DNA of 64,000 bases. Origin: a bacterium (GTDB lineage: Bacteria > Hinthialibacterota > Hinthialibacteria > Hinthialibacterales > Hinthialibacteraceae). This document shows positions 28,966 to 37,917 of this stretch, piece after piece. A program made the translations under genes and the position numbers. The notes beneath the pieces were generated by a model. That model ran no database searches. It worked only from the letters and a program-made list of their open reading frames with translations, and was not told the DNA's origin. Within the stretch, counting starts at the first letter, position 1, and every line of letters begins with the position of its first letter. Where the stretch lies: positions 66,351 through 130,350 of the forward strand of contig CAXXMV010000004.1 of NCBI GenBank assembly GCA_963662285.2. Reading direction: 5' to 3'.

Positions 28966-31900
28966 ATGCGCGTCACTGGAACATATAGTCTCAGAAAATT
29001 TTGGATCACAGGCGTCTTGGCGTTTGTCATGGCGCTTCTCAATGCCTCCGTACTGTGCGCTGCAACGCCGCGTATCGGATTCCTGGCCGCTGAGCCATCG
29101 CTGGATGAAATGGGACCTCACAATCTAGCCGCCTGGCGGATTGCAACGGAGTTTGGACAGGCGACGCTTCTCCTAAGGCAGAAAGACGGCGCCTTTGCTG
29201 ATTCAGAAGGCCGTGCTCTCGATGCGAATGATTTCGACGTTCTCTGGTACCATCAGGGCGACGCTATTGAGCGCAACGCCATGTATTACGGGCCAAGCCT
29301 GAAAGAGATTCGCCAGTTTGCAGCGCAGGGCCGGGGCGTACTGCTCTCCGGCGGAGCACTGGCCATGGTCGCGCAACTTGGTCTCGAAGGGGTGATGCGT
29401 CCGCAGCGTCATGAACTGGGCAACTGGCGTGACCCGGCTGGCATGGTTCCGGTAGAGAAAAAGCATCCCGCTTTCCACGGCTTGCCGAACAGCGAAGACA
29501 TAATCTGGTTGAGCCAAGGGGGTTGTCCAGCCGTCGCTGATTTCTATTGGGGCGGCCCCGTAGAAGGCATGATTCTGGCTAAGACGCCCTCAGGGCCGGA
29601 AAATCCTCTCGTCGAATATAGATTGGGCCAAGGACGCATAATTGTTTTTGGATGGCGCTGGCCTGATTATGGTGATTCTGAAAATCCACATCGGGAGAAT
29701 CTGAACCGGCTGACATCAAACCTGTTGAACTATCTGGCCGATGCTCAGGCATGGCGTCCCTTCGTAATCCGCTCGGAGTATCCCCCCGTCGCCTCGCCGG
29801 ATGAACCGGGCGTCTCGCAACAACAATGGCGGGCGCTGCGCATGGCTATCGACGACCTCAGTGCGGATTTTCCTGAGCTCTACCGAAATGGCAAAGTCTA
29901 CCTGCAGCGCTTGCAAGCGCTAAAAACGCAAAATGACCGTCTCTCACCGGTTTCTGATCCAGCCGCCTATGCAACCATCGAAGAGCAGTTCGAAGCGTTG
30001 AAGAATGAAGCTCTGTTAGCCAACCCACTGCTGGACTTCGACCGACTGCTGATGATCCGGCGCCGCGCCGATCGATTGGGACTGCCGATGAATTTCAACA
30101 GCAATCCAGACATCGCGCCGACTGGTTACGATAACACGCTGGTCGCCCTCTCGCCTGTTCGTTTTGATGGAGCATTGGCGACCGTTTTCAGACCGGAAGG
30201 CGACCGATTTATCGGTGACGTCGATTTACACTATGATGCAGATCGCCTGTTGTTGTCGATCCCCGATCCCAACGGGCGATGGACTGTTGCCGAACTCCAG
30301 CTGGACAGCGGTCAACTGGCGCCGCTTCCCCTGATTGATGAACCGGACGTGCATAATTTCGATGCCTGCTATCTGCCCAACGGGCGCATCGTCTTCACTT
30401 CGACGGCGCCTTTCATCGGCGTTCCATGCGTGGGCGGCAGTTCGAAGGTGACGAATCTATACCTGCGCGAAGGTGAGGGACGCATCCGCCGCCTGACCAA
30501 CGACCAGGATCATAACTGGTGTCCTACAGTTCTTAATAATGGACGGATTCTCTATCAGCGCTGGGAGTACGCCGACATCGCGCACGCCTTCATGCGGTTG
30601 CTCTTTCACGCCAATCCGGACGGCAGCCGCCAGATGGAGTATTACGGCAGTAACTCGTTCTGGCCGACCGCCATGTTCTACGCCCGGCCTGTCCCTGATC
30701 ATCCAACGAAATTTGTCACTGTCGTGGGAGGTCATCACGACCTGCCCCGTCAGGGACAACTCGTCCTATTCGATCCGGCGCAGGGACGTCATGAGGCTGA
30801 TGGCGTTGTACAGCGCATCCCCGGTTTCGGCAAGAAGGTCGAGCCAGTTGTCCTGGATGGACTTGTCGGAGGCAGTTGGCCTCTGTTTCTGCATCCGTTC
30901 CCGCTCAGCCAGAAATATTTTCTCGTCTCGTGTCAACCAACCAAGACATCGCTGTGGGGCGTGTACCTGGTCGATGTGTTTGACAACTTCGTGTTGATCT
31001 ATGAGGAGCCGGGGCGGGCGATGCTCGAACCGATTCCGTTGCGTAAAACGCGCAGGCAACCTGTGTTGTCCGATATCGTTCAGCCGGATCAGAAGGAAGG
31101 GTCTGCGCTGCTGGTCGATGTCTATAGCGGGCCTGGATTGCGCGGGGTTCCGCGTGGAACCGTCAAGTCGCTGCGATTGATCAGTTATGAATTCACCTTC
31201 CACGGTTTCGGCGGTGAGCCGGACCGGGTTGGTTTCGATGGACCATGGGATGTCAGGCGCATCCTGGGGACGGTTCCGGTAGAGGAAGATGGGTCGGCTT
31301 TTTTCCGCGTCCCGGCTCTTACGCCAGTGTCAATCCAACCTTTGGATGAAGATGGCAAGGCGCTGGCTCTGATGCGGAGTTGGTTAACCGCCATGCCCGG
31401 CGAGGTAGTTTCGTGCGTCGGTTGTCACGAGTCGCAGAATACCACCCCGTCGGCTCAATCGCAGCCGCTCGCTGCATTGCGGGAACCCTCGCCGATTAAG
31501 CCTTGGTACGGCCCGCCGCGCGGCTTCTCATTCATCCGTGAGGTTCAGCCCGTGTTGGATGCCTACTGCATCCAATGTCATCATGGCCGTCCGCTGGAGA
31601 ATGGGCGAAAAACATTCGATCTAACCTCCCGGCCTGCGCAGCGCGTTCCGTCGGCTTTCCAGATGCACTTCACGCCGTCTTATATGGAGTTGCGTCGATT
31701 CCTCAACACTCCCACCCTGGAGAGCGACGCCCACATGTTGTCGCCCCGCGATTTCCATGCTGATACGAGCAAACTGATACAAATTCTGCGCGATGATCAT
31801 TACGGCGTTCAGTTGAACGCCGAGGCCTGGGATCGTCTCATTACCTGGATCGATCTGAACGCCCCCGCCCATGGGACATGGAAAGAGGTCGTCGGGCATA

Positions 31901-32946
31901 TCCCCGCCAAAGCCGCCCTGGCGTCGCCGGGCGCCGCGCGTCGCCGTGAACTGCATAATCGCTATGCCGGGATCGACGAAGATCCCGAGGCGGTCTATCC
32001 CGCCGCAATCCTGTCTGTGACAGGTCGCATCAACGCTGAACTTCCGCTGATCCCGGATTTCATAACTAGCGAATCCAAGCCCGCGTCGACTGGGCAACGA
32101 CATCAAAAAGGCATATCATTCCCCGAAATCATGAGCGTCACATTGGCCGATGACGTAACTATGCAACTGGCGCTAATTCCATCCGGTTCATTTGTGATGG
32201 GATCAGAGCAGGGTTATCCCAATGAACGCCCCGCCCATCCGGTCTCTATCGATAATCCCTTTTGGATGGGTCGCTTTGAGATAACCAACCGCCAGTACGC
32301 CTGTTTTGATCCCAGGCACGACAGTGGCTTGGAAACGGGCGAGCAGTATCAGTTCGGCGACTACGAGCGCGGTCATCATCTGCGGCGTCCCGAGCAACCC
32401 GTGGTGCGCGTCTCGTGGGATCAGGCGGTAGAGTTTTGCGATTGGCTGTCGCAGAAGACGGGCTATCGGTTCACCCTGCCTACCGAAGCGCAGTGGGAAT
32501 ACGCCTGCCGAAGCGGAGGGACGGATCCCCTCTGGTACGGCGCACTCGACGACGACTTCAGCCGTTGCGCGAACCTTTCAGACGCTACGCATTACACCGT
32601 AGACTATCCACACGTCCCGACCGCCCTGCCGCCCTGGCGACCCGCTGATATTCGCTTTAACGACGGCTGGCGCGTCTCAGCGCCCGTAGGCGCGTTTGAG
32701 CCTAATCCGTGGGGGCTATTTGATATGCATGGCAACGTCGCTGAGTGGACCAACTCGACTTATCGCCTGTATTCACTGTCGCTTAGCGACCACTCAGGCG
32801 ATCAAGCATCTCGCAAGACAGTACGCGGCGGCTCCTGGCTCGACCGCCCCCGCCGCGCCCGCTCTGCGTTTCGACTGCACTACGAACCATCGCAAGCCAT
32901 CCACGACGTCGGTTTCCGCGTAGTATGTGAGGATGCCACCCAGTAA
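28966..32946 (+). CDS. secreted multidomain protein: DUF4960-like, HzsA-like propeller, two CxxCH haem motifs, FGE-sulfatase domain
   Basis: DACYLPNGRIVFTST, LYQRWEY, LGTVPVEEDGSA, CVGCH and CIQCH, LPTEAQWEYACR, PNPWGLFDMHGNVAEW, GFRVV. Confidence 0.8.
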   Translation: MRVTGTYSLRKFWITGVLAFVMALLNASVLCAATPRIGFLAAEPSLDEMGPHNLAAWRIATEFGQATLLLRQKDGAFADSEGRALDANDFDVLWYHQGDAIERNAMYYGPSLKEIRQFAAQGRGVLLSGGALAMVAQLGLEGVMRPQRHELGNWRDPAGMVPVEKKHPAFHGLPNSEDIIWLSQGGCPAVADFYWGGPVEGMILAKTPSGPENPLVEYRLGQGRIIVFGWRWPDYGDSENPHRENLNRLTSNLLNYLADAQAWRPFVIRSEYPPVASPDEPGVSQQQWRALRMAIDDLSADFPELYRNGKVYLQRLQALKTQNDRLSPVSDPAAYATIEEQFEALKNEALLANPLLDFDRLLMIRRRADRLGLPMNFNSNPDIAPTGYDNTLVALSPVRFDGALATVFRPEGDRFIGDVDLHYDADRLLLSIPDPNGRWTVAELQLDSGQLAPLPLIDEPDVHNFDACYLPNGRIVFTSTAPFIGVPCVGGSSKVTNLYLREGEGRIRRLTNDQDHNWCPTVLNNGRILYQRWEYADIAHAFMRLLFHANPDGSRQMEYYGSNSFWPTAMFYARPVPDHPTKFVTVVGGHHDLPRQGQLVLFDPAQGRHEADGVVQRIPGFGKKVEPVVLDGLVGGSWPLFLHPFPLSQKYFLVSCQPTKTSLWGVYLVDVFDNFVLIYEEPGRAMLEPIPLRKTRRQPVLSDIVQPDQKEGSALLVDVYSGPGLRGVPRGTVKSLRLISYEFTFHGFGGEPDRVGFDGPWDVRRILGTVPVEEDGSAFFRVPALTPVSIQPLDEDGKALALMRSWLTAMPGEVVSCVGCHESQNTTPSAQSQPLAALREPSPIKPWYGPPRGFSFIREVQPVLDAYCIQCHHGRPLENGRKTFDLTSRPAQRVPSAFQMHFTPSYMELRRFLNTPTLESDAHMLSPRDFHADTSKLIQILRDDHYGVQLNAEAWDRLITWIDLNAPAHGTWKEVVGHIPAKAALASPGAARRRELHNRYAGIDEDPEAVYPAAILSVTGRINAELPLIPDFITSESKPASTGQRHQKGISFPEIMSVTLADDVTMQLALIPSGSFVMGSEQGYPNERPAHPVSIDNPFWMGRFEITNRQYACFDPRHDSGLETGEQYQFGDYERGHHLRRPEQPVVRVSWDQAVEFCDWLSQKTGYRFTLPTEAQWEYACRSGGTDPLWYGALDDDFSRCANLSDATHYTVDYPHVPTALPPWRPADIRFNDGWRVSAPVGAFEPNPWGLFDMHGNVAEWTNSTYRLYSLSLSDHSGDQASRKTVRGGSWLDRPRRARSAFRLHYEPSQAIHDVGFRVVCEDATQ

Positions 32947-33086
32947 TGTGGTGAGGTGATGCGTGTGATTAAAAATAATCGAATAACTTATTGTTAGTTT
33001 TTGGAATGAGCATTAAAACTGAAGCCGACCGACGAAATAGCGGCTGGACGAATGGGAGATGTAAATTGGATAAAATCAAGAAGACG

Positions 33087-34802
33087 ATGTTGTTTCTATG
33101 GGCGATTGCGTTGCTTTTGAGCGGCGCTCTGCATTGGGGATGGTGCGATACAGGTTCTGGCGCTAGTGATCTTCGTTACTATCGGCAAGTGGAGCAAGGC
33201 AAGCCGGTGTTGATCGAGTGCGATGTCGCCGTTTACGGGGACACGCCTGCCGGGATAACGGCTGCGATCCAAGCTGCGCGCATGGGTCAAAAGGCTGTGT
33301 TGCTGTCATTCAATCGGCACGTGGGAGGAGTAACCTCGAGTGGATTGACTGCTACTGATGTCGGGAATAAGGCTTCCATCGGAGGCATAGCGCTGGAATT
33401 CTACACCCGTATCGGTCAGATCAGTAATTTCCGTCCTTCGGAGGCCGAATCGCTTTTCCTGAAGATGCTCGATGAGGCGGGAGTGCAGGTTCTTTTCGAA
33501 CGCTGTCTGGAGTCAGTACAGATAAAGGACGCCCGATTGGCGTCTATAACCATGGAGACCGGAGAAACCATTAAAGCCGCGATGTTTATCGATGCCACAT
33601 ACGAGGGTGACCTGCTGGCGGCGGCCAATGTATCGTACTGCGTCGGCCGCGAGCCTGCCAGCGCTTATGGAGAATCTCTGGGCGGCCAATGGCAGAAAGT
33701 CTCGTGGAAGGACGTCTACCAGTTCTGTAGGCTTCCGCTGAGTCCCTACATGAAACCTGGAAAACCGGAAACAGGTCTGCTTCCTGAAATCTCCACTGAA
33801 CCGCCCGGTAAAGCGGGTGAAGGAGACTTCAAGGTACAGGCTTATAATTTCAGAATATTCCTTACAGACAAGACGGGGAAAATCCCTTTCCCCAAACCGT
33901 ATGGATATAATCCAGACCGCTATGCATTATTAGCCCGCTTTCTCAATGCTGATCCTGGCGTTCGATGGGTTCTTAATTATACGACGGCGCCCATGACCGA
34001 TGGTCCAGTTCAGTTACGGAACGGCGACTGTAACAACGCGGGTAGTTTTTCTACGGATTATGTCGGCGGCAATTACCGCTGGCCTGACGGAACCTATCAT
34101 CCGGGTTCTTTTGCGGAACTCCCTCCACCACGCCGCGGGGCGCCGATGTCCTTCCACGAATTATATGAATTGCGGGAGCGCATCTTTCAGGATCATGTTC
34201 AATATCATCAAGGACTTATGTATTTCCTGGCGAACGATTCCCAGGTTCCAGAAGCGTTGCGTGATAGAGTGAACCGCTTTGGACTCGATCCGCGCGAGTT
34301 TCAGGATACAGGATTCTGGCCTCATCAGCTTTATGTGCGGGAAGGTCGCCGTATGGTTTCCGGATACGTGATGACGCAAGCGAACTCTGAATCGAGAAGG
34401 AGCGTGAACGATTCCGTCGGACTGGCGGCATACGCGATGGATTCCCACTTCTGTCAGCGTGTCGTCGTGGAAGAAAACGGGATTACGACTGTGAGAAACG
34501 AGGGAGGTTTTGGACTCGGTTGTCCATCTCCCTATCCAGTTTCCTATCGGTCGATCATTCCAAAACGGGAGGAATGCTCAAATCTGCTTGTGCCGGTCTG
34601 TCTTTCCGCGTCGCACGCCGCCTATGGTTCGATCCGCATGGAGCCGGTTTTCATGATCCTAGGTCAGAGCGCCGGAACGGCTGCTGCGTTGGCGATTGAT
34701 GAGGGCGTTGCCGTGCAGGACCTTGCTTATGATAAATTGAAGGCGAAGCTGATTGAGGACGGGCAGCGTCTCGGAAAGAATTCGTCCGCCCCGTTGCGAT
34801 AG
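33087..34802 (+). CDS. FAD-dependent oxidoreductase (xanthan lyase-like family), exported
   Basis: DVAVYGDTPAGITAAIQAAR, FIDATYEGDL, LYVREGRRM, GSIRMEPVFM; start uncertain (ORF open from 32991). Confidence 0.85.
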   Translation: MLFLWAIALLLSGALHWGWCDTGSGASDLRYYRQVEQGKPVLIECDVAVYGDTPAGITAAIQAARMGQKAVLLSFNRHVGGVTSSGLTATDVGNKASIGGIALEFYTRIGQISNFRPSEAESLFLKMLDEAGVQVLFERCLESVQIKDARLASITMETGETIKAAMFIDATYEGDLLAAANVSYCVGREPASAYGESLGGQWQKVSWKDVYQFCRLPLSPYMKPGKPETGLLPEISTEPPGKAGEGDFKVQAYNFRIFLTDKTGKIPFPKPYGYNPDRYALLARFLNADPGVRWVLNYTTAPMTDGPVQLRNGDCNNAGSFSTDYVGGNYRWPDGTYHPGSFAELPPPRRGAPMSFHELYELRERIFQDHVQYHQGLMYFLANDSQVPEALRDRVNRFGLDPREFQDTGFWPHQLYVREGRRMVSGYVMTQANSESRRSVNDSVGLAAYAMDSHFCQRVVVEENGITTVRNEGGFGLGCPSPYPVSYRSIIPKREECSNLLVPVCLSASHAAYGSIRMEPVFMILGQSAGTAAALAIDEGVAVQDLAYDKLKAKLIEDGQRLGKNSSAPLR

Positions 34803-34943
34803 CGCTATGAGCCATCGCCAGCTATATATTACTTATTAATAAGTAATATGATTTTTTGCTAATACCGCCGTATCCATTATGAGTGAAATTATTATCATAG
34901 CAGAAAGGGGACATTTGAATTATAGAAATGAAAGGAGATCAAG

Positions 34944-36404
34944 ATGAAAAAGATTATTGTACTACTCAGTTTTCTATTATTAATCCCTCTGTTTTATTGC
35001 AGTACGTCAAATGCCAAAACCATTGGATTCTGGACGTTCGACAATATTGATATGGGAGCAGGGATCGATCAGAACGCAGGATTTCAGGATGCCAGCGCCA
35101 GCAATCTGACCGGTATATTGGGTTTGCCATTCAGCACGCCGGGATTCGCACAGGGGCCTTCTGGTGCAGCCATTGATTTCGCCTTATCACTGGATGGCGA
35201 AGCCGGATTGATCGTGGATGATTCAGATGCGGAACTACTCAATATTCTCGAACCGCCTATCACTATTGAAGCGTGGCTTAGGTCGGATGCATCCCAAGCA
35301 GGGCATATTGGAATCGTGAGTTATGGCGTCCCGGGAGGCCGTGACGGAGCTGGCGGCTGGAAACTGGGTTTAGTCGATGGCAATCTCATATTCACTACTT
35401 TTGGAGTAGTTGATGTGGTTTCTTCTGTTGCTTTTCCCTTTGATGGAGCATGGCATCATGTAGCGACGGTCTATTCCGATGCGGCTGGTCAAGTATTGTT
35501 CTATGTGGATGGTGAAGAGATGCAAGCGATCGATGAGAATCGCCCAATGCGGGATCCTTCCTCAAAAGAAATGAATATCGGACTTCAATATACATCCATT
35601 GGCCGTTTTGTGGGTGATATTGATCGTGTGCGAATTTCCAACGCGGCTTTGCAAAATGACGAATTAGACACGGATACCGCCGCGATAAAACCTCTGGGCG
35701 CAGGGACGCTGGCATTCTACGATTTCGACGAAATAAACGCCCCCTTTAACAGCCAGGGCGCCGAACCAACACGAACGGCGGTTTCCTTGGAAACATGGGT
35801 TGAGAATCATATCCCCCGCGTAAATGTGAATCTTCCGACTATTGAAGAATACAGTCCTAGCGGCGACGCCGGTGATATGTCTCTCTTGTTTGAAATGGAT
35901 ATGAACCAGCGCGCATTTGTATCTGATCCTGATGGTATTTTAGACTTCAGTGATGGAGACTGGACATTAGAAGCATGGGTCAGCACCGATTTGCCTGTCG
36001 ATGAACGGGAAGTGATACTCTATTACGGCTATTCCGGTCATGGGTATTCCTTATCGGTCAATGTGGACGGCACGCTTCAAATCACTACTCTTGGCATAGC
36101 CGATATGCCTTCAACGAATGCCATCGTGCCCTACTCTCTGGAATGGACTCATGTGGCTGTATCCCATATAGCAGGGGAATCCATCAACTACTTCATTAAT
36201 GGAGAGTTAATTGAATCCCGGGATTATACAAGCGGAACCATCCCCGCTGAGGGAGGAACTCTATACATCGGCGCGGAACCGGATGGCGGACTTCCATACT
36301 ATGGTTCCATCGACCGTATCCGAATCAGTGACGCAGCCTTATCTGCCGACGAACTGGATTCGATAGCTGGTACTGTCGACATATCATCTTGGTCACTGTA
36401 CTAA
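34944..36404 (+). CDS. secreted tandem LamG/concanavalin A-like domain protein with C-terminal IxxWxxY motif
   Basis: Two repeats of TxEAW...WxHVA...FYVDG/YFING...GxIDRxRIS; RBS aaggag; ends TVDISSWSLY. Confidence 0.85.
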   Translation: MKKIIVLLSFLLLIPLFYCSTSNAKTIGFWTFDNIDMGAGIDQNAGFQDASASNLTGILGLPFSTPGFAQGPSGAAIDFALSLDGEAGLIVDDSDAELLNILEPPITIEAWLRSDASQAGHIGIVSYGVPGGRDGAGGWKLGLVDGNLIFTTFGVVDVVSSVAFPFDGAWHHVATVYSDAAGQVLFYVDGEEMQAIDENRPMRDPSSKEMNIGLQYTSIGRFVGDIDRVRISNAALQNDELDTDTAAIKPLGAGTLAFYDFDEINAPFNSQGAEPTRTAVSLETWVENHIPRVNVNLPTIEEYSPSGDAGDMSLLFEMDMNQRAFVSDPDGILDFSDGDWTLEAWVSTDLPVDEREVILYYGYSGHGYSLSVNVDGTLQITTLGIADMPSTNAIVPYSLEWTHVAVSHIAGESINYFINGELIESRDYTSGTIPAEGGTLYIGAEPDGGLPYYGSIDRIRISDAALSADELDSIAGTVDISSWSLY

Positions 36405-36658
36405 GCTAAACGGTATTTATCGTTATCTCTGGAGGGGCGCGGCTTTATGATTGCGCCCCTCTGTATGTTTTTTCAGTCGGTAAAATGAATATTCATTCAG
36501 CTGGTTTTTATATAGAGATTGATTGGTGATTTGTATATTTTTGAAGAAAACTAATAATGTGACCGACTCGTTTTGTCTGGTGTGGTTTTAATTTACCCCT
36601 CACCCTAGCCCCCGGAAGGCTCCTCTCCGGACACAAATAAGGAGGAGGAGAATGAAAC

Positions 36659-37131
36659 GGGGAACATCATAGAGTGGGGAACATCATAGAGCGGGGAACA
36701 TCGGCTTCTAGCCGGTGTGTCAAAGAAGCCTATAAACCAGTCAACCAATTCCGAATGTCTCGTAGAATCCTTCCTCACATGCAAGATCCTGACTAAACCT
36801 ATTTCATTACGTTCAGAACCCATGATATTATTATGCCAAACGAAGTGTTGGCTGTTGTCATAAATCCATGTTTGTGTTGTGGCGCCGGATCACGTGCACA
36901 TCCTCCTGACACCATTGGAAATTTCAAACCTTGGATATCATTCGATCACAACAATACTTCATTGCATTAAAAGTTATTTATCAATAGAAGCGATCCGGTT
37001 AGGAAGGGATTGGTTGAAGTCGTGGAAGAGTATCCGTTTTTGTACGAAGAGAACCGAAGGAATTGGCGCACCGGCTAGAAGCCGATGCTCCCCTTTTTGA
37101 TGCTCCCTATTTTGATGCTCGCCTTTTTGAT
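36659..37131 (+). mobile_element. decayed REP-associated tyrosine transposase (RAYT) locus with flanking inverted REPs
   Basis: Fragments RRILPHMQ..*TYFITFR (from 36755), VVAPDHVHILL (HUH), PVRKGLV..EEYPF; 25-bp inverted repeats at 36693-36717 and 37069-37093. Confidence 0.8.
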
Positions 37132-37213
37132 ACTATCTGGTTATTGGTAGAGCCTGAAATGAGCGCAGATTATTACTCCATCTGAGTAATCCCGGATAAA
37201 AGGAGTATCTTCA

Positions 37214-37867
37214 ATGAAAAAGGCATTCACCTTGATCGAACTTCTGATTGTTGTTGCTATTATCGGAATACTGGCATCAATCGCGGTCCCTAATTTTATG
37301 AATGCGCGTGTACGCGCCCAAGTTACGCGGGCGCAAGCCGATCTGCGGAATCTTACGACGGCGATGAGCACCTATGCCGTGGATCATGGAACCTATCCTC
37401 CCAATTACAATTTTGTTACCGGCGCCACTGGCAACCACTCCATGTATCAACTCTTTCTGACTACCCCGATTTCGTATATCGCCAGCATTCCAGAAGATTA
37501 TTTCCGATCAACTTCCCCTTACGAGGATCAGCGCTGGTATACGGATGCTGCGCTTGGAATTTATGTCTATATCAACTATCCCATCAACAAAATCCATGAA
37601 ACGAGTGATGCTCGAAACAAGCCTCCCTTCGATTCATATTTAATGTGGAGTTTCGGTCCCGACCGAGGATTGAATACGGGCAGTTACTACCCGCTGCCTG
37701 CGATTGAAGCCTACGAGAAAAACCACCCCGACAAATGTGGTATCTATGAATCCCGCAAGGGTTGCCGTTACGATCCAACCAATGGATTGAACAGTGCAGG
37801 AGACCTCTACGAATTAGGTGGAGGAGCGAATAGCACAAGCCACTTGGAACTATACGGCGTTTTATAA
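37214..37867 (+). CDS. prepilin-type N-terminal cleavage/methylation protein (GspG-like)
   Basis: AFTLIELLIVVAIIGILASIAVPNF; LTTPISY; WSFGPD; YDPTNG..SAGD. Confidence 0.85.
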   Translation: MKKAFTLIELLIVVAIIGILASIAVPNFMNARVRAQVTRAQADLRNLTTAMSTYAVDHGTYPPNYNFVTGATGNHSMYQLFLTTPISYIASIPEDYFRSTSPYEDQRWYTDAALGIYVYINYPINKIHETSDARNKPPFDSYLMWSFGPDRGLNTGSYYPLPAIEAYEKNHPDKCGIYESRKGCRYDPTNGLNSAGDLYELGGGANSTSHLELYGVL

Positions 37868-37917
37868 CCAATGATTGATGGATGGATAGTTTTATCTCAG
37901 TGTAAGAGGAGAACTCA

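Noticed and set aside
28966-32946. Hydrazine synthase / anammox
   Set aside because: Only an HzsA-like region fused to an FGE domain; no hzsB/hzsC or other anammox genes in the window
36659-36717. Short tandem repeats as a possible CRISPR array
   Set aside because: Units are 17 bp and contiguous, with no unique spacers and no cas genes; explained as reiterated REP ends
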